This document shows, piece after piece, positions 18,591-26,357 of a stretch of 64,000 bases of DNA. The position numbers were made by a program, and so were the translations under genes. The first letter of the stretch is position 1; each line of letters starts with the position of its first letter. Source of the stretch: an uncultured Desulfovibrionaceae bacterium (GTDB lineage Bacteria > Desulfobacterota > Desulfovibrionia > Desulfovibrionales > Desulfovibrionaceae). Below the pieces are notes generated by a model, which saw only the letters and a list, made by a program, of their open reading frames with translations, was not told the DNA's origin and did not search any database. Location: assembly GCA_944324045.1 (NCBI GenBank), contig CALUUT010000068.1, positions 33,285 to 97,284 on the forward strand. Direction: 5' to 3'.

Positions 18591-20150
18591 ATGATTTTTC
18601 GCGTGGCCGGGTTTGCCCTGCTTGGCGTGGATGCCTTCAAGGTGGACCTGGAAGTTGATATCGCCCGCAAAGGCATTCCCGCTTTTACCATGGTGGGGCT
18701 TGCGGAAGGTGCGGTGCGCGAATCCAAGGAGCGGGTTTTTGCAGCCCTGAAAAACGCGCGCTACGACATTCCGCCGGCCCGCATCACCGTCAACCTTGCG
18801 CCTGCCGACCGAAAGAAAGGCGGCAGCGCTTATGATCTGCCGCTTGCCATAGGGCTTTTGGGCGCGGCCGGATATCTGCGCCAGGAGGCGGCGTCGCCGT
18901 TTCTTCTGGCCGGCGAACTGTCCTTGTCCGGCGACGTGCGGCCTGTGTCCGGCATTCTGCCCATGGCGGTTCTCGCGCGCGACAGCGGCTTTTCCGGAAT
19001 CATCGTGCCCAAAGATAACGCGGCCGAGGCCGCTGTGGTCAAAGGGCTTGCCGTATATGCCGTGGAGACGCTCGCCGAAGCGGTGGAGGTCCTTTCCGGC
19101 GGCGTTGCGGAGCCGCATCATGCGCGCTCTTCCTTTGCGCCGGCAGTCCCGGAAGAACAGGATGCCGAATATGTTTCGGCTTTTGATTTCGCGGAAGTCA
19201 AAGGACAGGAACATGCCAAACGCGCCGTCGTCATCGCGGCGGCCGGCGGGCACAACATCCTTTTCGTCGGACCGCCGGGAAGCGGCAAAACCATGCTGGC
19301 CGAACGCATTCCAGGCGTGCTTCCGCCGCTTTCCTTTGAAGAGGCGCTGGAAGTCAGCAAGGTGTACAGCGTGGCCGGACTGTTGGCCCCGGGCAAGGGG
19401 CTGCTTGGGCGCAGGCCCTTTCGCGCGCCGCATCACACCATTTCCCGGATAGGACTTGTCGGCGGCGGAAGCGTTCCCCGGCCGGGCGAATTGTCCCTTG
19501 CGCACAAGGGCGTGCTTTTTTTAGACGAATTGCCGGAGTTCGGCCGCCAGACCCTTGAATCGCTCAGGCAGCCGCTTGAAAAAGGCCGCATCGTCATCAC
19601 CAGAGCCGGCGCGTCTCTGGAATTTCCCGCGGATATCATGCTGGTTGCGGCCATGAACCCGTGCCCGTGCGGCTATGCGACCGACCCCGGCCATGTCTGC
19701 ACCTGCACTGCGCATCAGATTCAACAATACCGGGCGCGCCTGTCCGGTCCCCTGCTCGACCGGATTGATCTGCACGTGGAAGTGCCGGCCGTGCCGTTTC
19801 AGGATTTTTCGGCGGATTCACTTCCGGACGGAGCGCCCGGAACGTCTTGCGCCATGCGGCAGGCTGTGGCGAACGCGCGCAGACGGCAAAGCGCGCGATA
19901 CAAAGAGACGGGGCTTTCCTGCAATGCCGATTTGTCCGGCCGCCGCCTGGAAACGTTCTGCCCGCTGTCCGGACCGGCTCGGGCGTTTCTTTCCCGCGCC
20001 GCGGACCGGCTCGCCCTATCGGCGCGCGCCTGTTCCCGCATCATCCGCATCGCCCGCACCATTGCGGATTTGGATGAGGCGCGGGACATTGACGCCCGCC
20101 ACCTGGCCGAAGCCGTGAACTACAGGGTTTTTGACCGGGAACGAAATTGA
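18591..20150 (+). CDS. comM: YifB/ComM-family Mg-chelatase-like AAA+ ATPase
   Basis: The ATG at 18591 is preceded by AAGGAGG. N-terminal Lon-protease-like domain, Walker A GPPGSGKTMLA, LFLDELPEF and a C-terminal Mg_chelatase_C-like tail. Confidence 0.9.
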   Translation: MIFRVAGFALLGVDAFKVDLEVDIARKGIPAFTMVGLAEGAVRESKERVFAALKNARYDIPPARITVNLAPADRKKGGSAYDLPLAIGLLGAAGYLRQEAASPFLLAGELSLSGDVRPVSGILPMAVLARDSGFSGIIVPKDNAAEAAVVKGLAVYAVETLAEAVEVLSGGVAEPHHARSSFAPAVPEEQDAEYVSAFDFAEVKGQEHAKRAVVIAAAGGHNILFVGPPGSGKTMLAERIPGVLPPLSFEEALEVSKVYSVAGLLAPGKGLLGRRPFRAPHHTISRIGLVGGGSVPRPGELSLAHKGVLFLDELPEFGRQTLESLRQPLEKGRIVITRAGASLEFPADIMLVAAMNPCPCGYATDPGHVCTCTAHQIQQYRARLSGPLLDRIDLHVEVPAVPFQDFSADSLPDGAPGTSCAMRQAVANARRRQSARYKETGLSCNADLSGRRLETFCPLSGPARAFLSRAADRLALSARACSRIIRIARTIADLDEARDIDARHLAEAVNYRVFDRERN

Positions 20151-20277
20151 ATGCTCAGGACGTTTCCGCGTTGCGGCCGCAATGCATTGACCCGCCCTTT
20201 GTCTCTTCGCGGCGCTTGAAAGCGCCGCGCTGTAATCCTTTTTGGCGTTTCTTCACGCCGGAAGAGCCCTTTTTTTC

Positions 20278-20559
20278 CTATATCGCCGGATTTCTTGAGA
20301 CAATAAAGGGACGCCCATCCGGATAGGCGTTGATGATGACCCCGCGCGTCAGCGCCAGGAGGTCTTTGTCTATGCAAAATGTATAACCGGCCACGGTCAC
20401 GACTTCATCAGATTTTTTCGGCTCGCCCGGAGCCAATGAAAAACGCGACTGCGCCCGTCAGCCGCAGGCCGGGCTATAGGCGACGCGCACTATCTGTTCG
20501 CCGGGCGCGGGAAATCGTTCCTTGAGCATCTTTTCCCCTGACCCTGTCACGCTGATCAT
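20278..20559 (-). CDS. HesB/IscA-like selenoprotein, 93 codons with in-frame UGA (Sec) at 20458-20460
   Basis: Not called in the ORF track, which stops at the TGA. Translation: MISVTGSGEKMLKERFPAPGEQIVRVAYSPACG-U-RAQSRFSLAPGEPKKSDEVVTVAGYTFCIDKDLLALTRGVIINAYPDGRPFIVSRNPAI, ending at TAG 20278. It is colinear over its full length with the Cys paralog 22475-22756 (..AACGCRAQPKMSLAPG..), with the UGA aligned to Cys. SD AAGGAGG sits 5 nt upstream. A SECIS-like hairpin lies downstream of the UGA. Confidence 0.85.
20412..20444 (-). promoter_or_regulatory. SECIS-like hairpin about 14 nt 3' of the UGA
   Basis: mRNA UGA-N14-UUUUUC AUU GGCUC CGGGC GAGCC GAAAAA. A 6-bp lower stem, a 3-nt bulge, a 5-bp upper stem and a G-rich 5-nt loop. 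The Cys paralog lacks an equivalent extended hairpin at this position. Confidence 0.6.
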
Positions 20560-20931
20560 ACTTATCCTCCTTAACAGCATAATCTTAACAGCATAATTCG
20601 AGTTGCCCGCGCAAAGACCGGAATGGGCCGGGCATCGCCGGGATTTGAAACCGCCCCTCTCTACGGGAGAAACACATTCCCGGCAGGACGGCGCAATCCT
20701 TTTTTGCAAGCCTGTCCTTGAGGGGTGGGCCATTCGCACGAGACCCATCTGCCGGCCGTGAAAAGCCAGTCGGCGGAATGGGGTAAGGCGCAAATTGAAC
20801 CATACGGCATGTCGCAGCCAACCGCAAGGCGCAAAAGCGCGCGGACAACGGCGTTCTGTTTTGCCGCGTTCCGCCTGCGGGAAAGCGGCATGGCGGCAAG
20901 GATGCGTAACGCATCGCGTTCTTTTCCCGGA

Positions 20932-21963
20932 CTACGGCGGGGACGTTCCGGGGGGTTCGGAGCGTCCGTCATGCGGCTGTGAGGCCAGATGGGCGGCAAT
21001 GCGCTTCGCCGCATTTTCCTGAAGGTTTCTGTAGAAAAATTGATAGTCATAGAGATGATAGACGCCGTCTTCAAAAAGAACGCCGGGATAGTCCCTCTCC
21101 GACACATCCGTGACCTTGAGGGTTCCGCGTTCCGCATCAAGGTATGCGCCGGTCAGCGCGGGTATTTCGCGTACAATGACGCCGTTGTAATCGGTAAAGC
21201 AGGCGCCTTTGTTGCATTCCCTTCCCGCGGGCGTCGAGTCCGTTTTCCAGTTCAGAGGATTGACGGCAAAAGATTTCATGCCGTGCGGCACAAAGAGCGT
21301 TGAGGAAATACGCTCAGCTTCGCTGTTGAAGGAAACAATGACCCCGGTATCGCATTCTCCCTGCGCCATTTTCAGATGTGGAAAGGCGGCAAGGTCTTCT
21401 CTGGTCACGCGCCAGCCGATGACATAGGCGGCCGCCAGCCGTTTCTGGAAATCCGGTTGAGCGAAAAATTCTTTCAGAAGCCGCAGGACCAGTTCCGCCC
21501 CCTGGGAAAACCCGGCAAGGACAAGGGGACGGCGCGGACGGATTTTGGCATAGTGCAGAAAGGCTTCCCGCACATCGGCGTAGGCTTTGTCCAGAGCCGC
21601 GCGCCGCGTCTGTTCATCCTGTTTGTATGCCGCCAGCGTCGCCTGACGGTAGACGGGCGCAAAAAGGCAAGCCTGCGCGTCATAAATGCCGCGCTGCATG
21701 TTCAGCGCGCCGGCAAGACGCCTGCGGTAGGCGGCGTCTTCCATTGCCGCATTGAGGACGCCGTTTTCTCCAAGGGCCGCCGTGGGCGCCACAAGAAACA
21801 CATCCGCGGGTTTCTTTCCGTCATCTTCATAGTATGCCCAATTTGTCCTGTAGGTATAGGAAGGCGCATCCGCGCCGCTTCGGCTGGAAACGGGAAAGAG
21901 CAGCAGACACAGCAGGACTGCGCAGGAAATGCCGTACAGGGAATGATGGCGGCGGCGCATCAT
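20932..21963 (-). CDS. secreted alpha/beta-hydrolase, DUF3089-like (putative lipase/esterase)
   Basis: Signal peptide, nucleophile elbow GFSQGA and a family-like PVYRQAT segment. Confidence 0.7.
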   Translation of the reverse strand: MMRRRHHSLYGISCAVLLCLLLFPVSSRSGADAPSYTYRTNWAYYEDDGKKPADVFLVAPTAALGENGVLNAAMEDAAYRRRLAGALNMQRGIYDAQACLFAPVYRQATLAAYKQDEQTRRAALDKAYADVREAFLHYAKIRPRRPLVLAGFSQGAELVLRLLKEFFAQPDFQKRLAAAYVIGWRVTREDLAAFPHLKMAQGECDTGVIVSFNSEAERISSTLFVPHGMKSFAVNPLNWKTDSTPAGRECNKGACFTDYNGVIVREIPALTGAYLDAERGTLKVTDVSERDYPGVLFEDGVYHLYDYQFFYRNLQENAAKRIAAHLASQPHDGRSEPPGTSPP

Positions 21964-22115
21964 GCCGCTTCTCCTTTTTGAAATGAAAACGCGCGGTTTG
22001 CCCGGCGTGCTTTTTTACTGGCGGAAAGCTTCTGTCGCGAAAAAAAGGGAACATGCCGGCTCATGCGCGGCTTTCCGCTTCCCGTGAAAAAAAGCAGCCG
22101 GGAACGTCTCTGTCA

Positions 22116-22270
22116 AGCAGTAAGGCAGCAAATCAGGGCTTTGCGTTTGCGTCTGGGAGGGGCGTGCATCCCCTCCAGGCTTTGTGTTCCTCAGATACTC
22201 CGTGGGAAAAGGCGCAGGGTGGGACCTATGGCTTTTTGGCCAGCCTCAAACCACAGAGGAAGATAGATGA
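22116..22270 (+). repeat. conserved intergenic element, copy 2 of 3 (candidate structured sRNA)
   Basis: Aligns to copy 1 over its whole length. The variable hairpin is ctgggagggg-cgtgcat-cccctccag. Confidence 0.6.
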
Positions 22271-22283
22271 ATGCGGCGGCGTG

Positions 22284-22347
22284 CCGCGCAGGTCACGGCA
22301 TCTGTCGCGTTTGGGACAGGCGCAGTGTGATGCCGCGCGGTTTTTTT
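22284..22347 (+). terminator. intrinsic terminator following repeat copy 2
   Basis: CCGCGC..GGCATC...GATGCC GCGCGG followed by TTTTTTT. Confidence 0.65.
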
Positions 22348-22403
22348 ATACTTTTTGACCTTTCTCACGTCTTGCCAAGGATTTTCAATTCATTCCAATT
22401 TGA

Positions 22404-22440
22404 ACGCCCCGCCAGTGAACGCAGGCGGGGCGTTTCCTAT
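22404..22440. terminator. hairpin terminator downstream of the Cys-type hesB-like gene
   Basis: cgccccgcc / agtgaacgca / ggcggggcg followed by T-rich sequence on both strands. Confidence 0.6.
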
Positions 22441-22474
22441 ATTTCAGACTGATGGCGCTCTGAAACGAACCGGT

Positions 22475-22756
22475 TTATATCGCCGGATTTTTTGCGGTGA
22501 GAAAAGGCCGTCCGTCCGGATAGGCGCTGATGGTTATCCCGCGCGTCAACGCCAGAAGATCCTTGTCCACGCAAAAGGTATAGCCGGATATGGCGATGAC
22601 TTCGTCAGACGCTTTCGGCGTTCCCGGGGCCAGGGACATTTTTGGTTGCGCCCGGCAGCCGCATGCGGCGTTATAGGTGACGCGCAAGGTTTGCTTGCCG
22701 GCATCAGGGAATGTCGCCTTGAGCATGTTTTCCCCTGAACCTGTTATCGTGATCAT
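22475..22756 (-). CDS. HesB/IscA-like protein, Cys-containing paralog of the selenoprotein at 20278-20559
   Basis: 93-aa ORF MITITGSGENMLKATFPDAGKQTLRVTYNAACGCRAQ.... SD GGGAGGA upstream. Confidence 0.85.
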   Translation of the reverse strand: MITITGSGENMLKATFPDAGKQTLRVTYNAACGCRAQPKMSLAPGTPKASDEVIAISGYTFCVDKDLLALTRGITISAYPDGRPFLTAKNPAI

Positions 22757-22860
22757 GGTTGTCCTCCCATCTTTTCAGGTTGTCCGCATCAGGCGGAATA
22801 GAATGGGGTTCCCGATTTTTGGGCGGCATGCGCAGGGCCTGGGGAAGACGTCCGCATCCG

Positions 22861-23646
22861 TCAGGCGAACGTCGCCGGCGTCGGGCCGTGCGGCGTCAGC
22901 CGCGCATATTCAAACGGTTTGTATCCGGCCATGAGCACGGCGTAGACCTGGTGGTTTTCCGGAATGGGAACCCCTGGAAGCGTGACTCCGGCCTGCGCGG
23001 CATCGACCACAAACCCGGCCCAGCAACTGCCGATGCCGCGAGAGTGCAGGCTTAGGTCCAAAAATGCGGCCGCGACCGAGCAGCTTGTGCAGGCCATAAA
23101 GCTTTTCGGGTCGGCATGGGCGAATATGACGCACGGGGCATGCCGGAGAATGCGGTCAATCCCGCGTTCGTAGTTTTGGGCCACGATTTTCAGCTCTCCG
23201 CCCAGGGTGTGCATCCATGCGGCGACCGCAGCCGATATGGCGTCTATTTTTTCCACGCCTTCAACCACAGTCCAATGTACAGGCCGCAGATTGAAGGCTG
23301 AAGGCGCATTATTGGCGTCTTCAAGCGCCGCATTGAGAATATCGCGGGGAATCGGGTCTTTTTTATAGACCCGCGTCGAGCGGTGCCCTTTAAACAGCAT
23401 GGCGCGTTGTTCTTCGGACAAGGGCGCCTGAATGACCGGCGCAAGCTCTTCCGGCCCAAAGCCTTTGAATCGAATCGCGGCCTTTGGGCATACGGCGATG
23501 CAGTGCCCGCATTTGATGCAGCGTTCGGCGTCTTCTTCGATAAAACGCACGGTTTTGTCTTCCAGTCTCTCAAACAGGGCCGGGGAACAGACCTGTATGC
23601 AACGGCCGCACCGCACGCATCGCGACGCATCAAGTTCGACGTTCAT
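22861..23646 (-). CDS. 2x[4Fe-4S] ferredoxin domain fused to a nitroreductase-family domain
   Basis: CVRCGRCIQVCSP and CIKCGHCIAVCP cluster motifs, followed by nitroreductase-like RSTRVYKKDPIPRDILNAALEDANNAPSAFNLRPVHW. Confidence 0.85.
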   Translation of the reverse strand: MNVELDASRCVRCGRCIQVCSPALFERLEDKTVRFIEEDAERCIKCGHCIAVCPKAAIRFKGFGPEELAPVIQAPLSEEQRAMLFKGHRSTRVYKKDPIPRDILNAALEDANNAPSAFNLRPVHWTVVEGVEKIDAISAAVAAWMHTLGGELKIVAQNYERGIDRILRHAPCVIFAHADPKSFMACTSCSVAAAFLDLSLHSRGIGSCWAGFVVDAAQAGVTLPGVPIPENHQVYAVLMAGYKPFEYARLTPHGPTPATFA

Positions 23647-23678
23647 GCAAATACTCCCTCACAGTGTTTCGGCATAGT

Positions 23679-23710
23679 AAAAGGGGGAAACAGCGGACGC
23701 GCTGTTTCCC
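23679..23710 (-). terminator. hairpin (11-bp stem) plus U-tract between isf-like gene and the nitroreductase gene
   Basis: gggaaacagcg / cgtc / cgctgtttccc, then CCUUUU on the minus strand, about 40 nt before the nitroreductase ATG. Confidence 0.5.
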
Positions 23711-23808
23711 TGAATTCAGAGAATGTTCCGGGGCGTTGCCGCTGTTTTTGCGTTTTTTGCAATCAGAGCGCAGAGCAGCGGCGTTTCACCGTGTCGTTTT
23801 GTTTCAGG

Positions 23809-24390
23809 TTATTTGAAAATTTTGGCGGCCACGTCGCTGATCTGGGCCATGGCCGGCTCAAGAGCCGCGCCGGCGTCGCCCACGGGCGGAAGGTTGAGCC
23901 CTCTGACAACATGAACGTCTTTGCATGCGCAACTGCGGCTGAGCACTGCGCTGTAGCGGTCCACGACGTCCTTGAAAGCCTGTTCCACAGGAGCGCCCTG
24001 GGTTACGACGAGAACCAGCGTTTTGCCGCCCGCAAGACGCGAAGGCTCGGGGTTGGTCTTGAAATCGGGTTTGAAGAAACTGAATGTGCGGTCTATGAAG
24101 GCTTTTGTCTGAGAAGTGACGTCGCTCATATATACGGGCGTTCCCACGGCGACCACGTCGGCATCGGCAATGGCCTTCAGAACGGGAGTCAGGCCGTCGT
24201 CCAGGCGGCAGTGATCCATTTTCTGCTTGCAGGCGAGCACGCAGCTTTGGCAGCCGGAAAACGTCAGGTCGTTCAACTGGAAGCAGAGAACATCGGCTCC
24301 GCTCTTTTTGGCCGCATCAGCAAAGGCGTCCAGAAGTTTCGCGGTGCTGCCCTCTTTTCTGGGGCTTCCGCAAATGGCTACAACTTTCAT
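23809..24390 (-). CDS. iron-sulfur flavoprotein / NADPH-dependent FMN reductase family
   Basis: MKVVAICGSPRKEGST flavodoxin-like start. Compact Cys motif CQSCVLACKQKMDHC. VVAVGTPVYMSDV. Confidence 0.8.
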   Translation of the reverse strand: MKVVAICGSPRKEGSTAKLLDAFADAAKKSGADVLCFQLNDLTFSGCQSCVLACKQKMDHCRLDDGLTPVLKAIADADVVAVGTPVYMSDVTSQTKAFIDRTFSFFKPDFKTNPEPSRLAGGKTLVLVVTQGAPVEQAFKDVVDRYSAVLSRSCACKDVHVVRGLNLPPVGDAGAALEPAMAQISDVAAKIFK

Positions 24391-24641
24391 GGTTTATCCT
24401 CCGTGCATGGTTTATGGTTGTCAGGCGCGCTTAAAACAACACGCTTGCCAGGAGCTGCCTTGGATAAACGCCTCTCCCAGCGTGGCAAAACGCTACCACT
24501 AAAGGGAAAATAAACGCAAGAAAAAATATTTTACGAAAAAACAGCGTTACTTACGGGGTGTTATGGACCCTGTAACGCAAGAAGCGAACGCAACGTTCAG
24601 CATCATGGACAATGCGGCGCATGACCGGCTTTAACCAGCGC

Positions 24642-25019
24642 CTAGTCAATGCACCGCAACACGATGACTGCGCCCCAAATGAGCGCGGCGATAAACAGCG
24701 CGGTGAGCACCGCGGCGGAGCCCAGGTCTTTCGCGCGGCCGGACAGTTCGTGATATTCGCTGCCTATGCGGTCTACAACGGCTTCCACGGCTGAGTTGAG
24801 CAGTTCGGCCGTCATGACCAAAAGCCAGGAAGCGATGAGAAGCGCTTTTTGCAATGCGCCGTTTCCAAGCCACAGGGCCAGAGGGATGATTACAATTAAA
24901 GCGACGGTTTCCTCTCTGAACGCACGTTCATTTTTCCAGGCCGCCACATAGCCTTTGACGGAATAGCGGGCCGCATTGAACAGTCTACGGAACATGCCCA
25001 CAGGCTTTGGTTTTCCCAT
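24642..25019 (-). CDS. dgkA: diacylglycerol kinase
   Basis: 125 aa with three TM segments. AWKNERAFREE and ELLNSAVEAVVDRIG..H.LSGRAKDLGSAAV signatures. Confidence 0.9.
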   Translation of the reverse strand: MGKPKPVGMFRRLFNAARYSVKGYVAAWKNERAFREETVALIVIIPLALWLGNGALQKALLIASWLLVMTAELLNSAVEAVVDRIGSEYHELSGRAKDLGSAAVLTALFIAALIWGAVIVLRCID

Positions 25020-25068
25020 GCATCACATCCTTTTGTTTGAGGGATAGGCTTTTTGCCGCGACAGGGGC

Positions 25069-26232
25069 CTACAGGGCCTCTTCCGGGAAAAGCGCTTCGT
25101 AGCGCGCTTTGAGTTCTGCAAATTGGCCTTCCGCAATGGCCCTGCGCGCGGCGCGCACGGTGTCCAGAAAAAACATGAGATTATGCAGCGAATTGAGTCT
25201 GAAGGATAACAGTTCCTTGGCGGTATAGAGATGGCGCAGATATGCGCGGCTGAACGTGCGGCATGTGTAACAGGAGCAGCATGGATCAAGCGGACCGTCG
25301 TCTTCCGCAAATTCCCGCCGTTTGATATTGATTTTGCCCTGCGAGGTGTAGAGTGTGCCGTTGCGCGCGTTGCGCGTGGGCAGCACGCAGTCGAACATGT
25401 CGACGCCCGCGTCGATGCCCCGTATGATATCAAGGGGCGTGCCCACGCCCATAAGATATCGGGGTTTGTCCTGCGGAAGAAGCGGCGCGCAGTGATATAA
25501 AAATTCCATCATTTCCGGCTTGCTCTCGCCCACGGACAGCCCGCCGATTGCAAACCCGTCAAACGGATGCCGGGTCAGTTCTTCAATGGAGCGTTCCCGC
25601 AGGTCTTTGAAAAATCCGCCCTGGGTTATGGCGAAGAGAAGATTCCCCGCTGCCCCGGAATGCAGCAGATGGGGCGGATAGGCGTCTCTGCATCGCAGGG
25701 CCCAGCGCGTGGTCAGCCCTACGGATTGTTCCGTGTACGTCCTGTCCGCGCCATAGGGCACGCACTCGTCAAGCGCCATCATAATGTCGGAGTTCAAGTT
25801 CCTCTGGATGGAGATGACTTTTTCAGGCGTGAATATGTGCTTTGACCCGTCAAGATGCGAGCGAAAGGTTACGCCTTCTTCCGTGAGCGTGCGCAGCGAG
25901 GACAGGCTGAAAACCTGAAATCCGCCGCTGTCCGTGAGGATGGGCTTGCGCCAGGCGTTGAATTCGTGCAGGCCGCCGCGCCGGGCGACAAGTTCGTCGC
26001 CCGGTCTTAAATACAGATGATAGGTGTTGCCGAGAATGATTTCCGCGCCCACGGCGTCCAGGTCGTCGGGCGCTATGGCCTTGACGCTTCCGACCGTGCC
26101 CACGGGCATGAAAATGGGGGTGTGCACCATGCCGTGCGCGGTATGCAAAACGCCTCTGCGCGCGGCTCCGTCCCTGGCCAGAATCCGGAAGACGCCCGGA
26201 TATTCCGTTGTTATTGCGGCATGTTGTGTCAT
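25069..26232 (-). CDS. tgt: queuine tRNA-ribosyltransferase
   Basis: [44 protein letters not shown] and the zinc motif CCSCYTC..H. Homology starts at the ATG at 26232; the 98 upstream ORF codons are not Tgt-like. Confidence 0.93.
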   Translation of the reverse strand: MTQHAAITTEYPGVFRILARDGAARRGVLHTAHGMVHTPIFMPVGTVGSVKAIAPDDLDAVGAEIILGNTYHLYLRPGDELVARRGGLHEFNAWRKPILTDSGGFQVFSLSSLRTLTEEGVTFRSHLDGSKHIFTPEKVISIQRNLNSDIMMALDECVPYGADRTYTEQSVGLTTRWALRCRDAYPPHLLHSGAAGNLLFAITQGGFFKDLRERSIEELTRHPFDGFAIGGLSVGESKPEMMEFLYHCAPLLPQDKPRYLMGVGTPLDIIRGIDAGVDMFDCVLPTRNARNGTLYTSQGKINIKRREFAEDDGPLDPCCSCYTCRTFSRAYLRHLYTAKELLSFRLNSLHNLMFFLDTVRAARRAIAEGQFAELKARYEALFPEEAL

Positions 26233-26280
26233 GAAAGCATTGTACCTTTCAAAACGCTGTTTGAAAAGAGCGCAGTCAGG

Positions 26281-26329
26281 AAAAAAATACGCCCCTTGAG
26301 CGCGCCGGACAGGGCGCGTCAAAGGGGCG
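26281..26329 (-). terminator. intrinsic terminator after the MFS transporter gene
   Basis: Long GC hairpin cgcccctt..ggcgcg..aaggggcg followed by UAUUUUUUU on the minus strand. Confidence 0.7.
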
Positions 26330-26357
26330 AGGGGTTTTTGCGGGAATGATGCGGGCG

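Noticed and set aside
18156-19505. 449-aa minus-strand ORF
   Set aside because: It is antisense to lepB and comM. It is a low-complexity Arg/Gly/Ala-rich product typical of GC-rich shadow frames.
20640-20680. Possible tRNA-Sec (selC) suggested by TTTCAAATCC on the minus strand
   Set aside because: The flanking bases do not form an anticodon stem, and there is no acceptor or T-arm, so no cloverleaf can be drawn.
20598-20931. Assignment of the selenoprotein leader to a known riboswitch class (cobalamin, Moco, ZTP, glycine, c-di-GMP, SAH)
   Set aside because: I compared it by eye with the conserved cores I remember (B12 box, CCGAGCC, GGGUCGUGA/CCGCCUGGGCA, GGAGAG...CUCAGG, GGCAAACC/ACGCAAAGC). 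None is present in the right order. It is kept only as an unclassified structured leader.
23383-24513. 376-aa plus-strand ORF
   Set aside because: It is antisense to the nitroreductase and iron-sulfur flavoprotein genes and spans their intergenic terminator.
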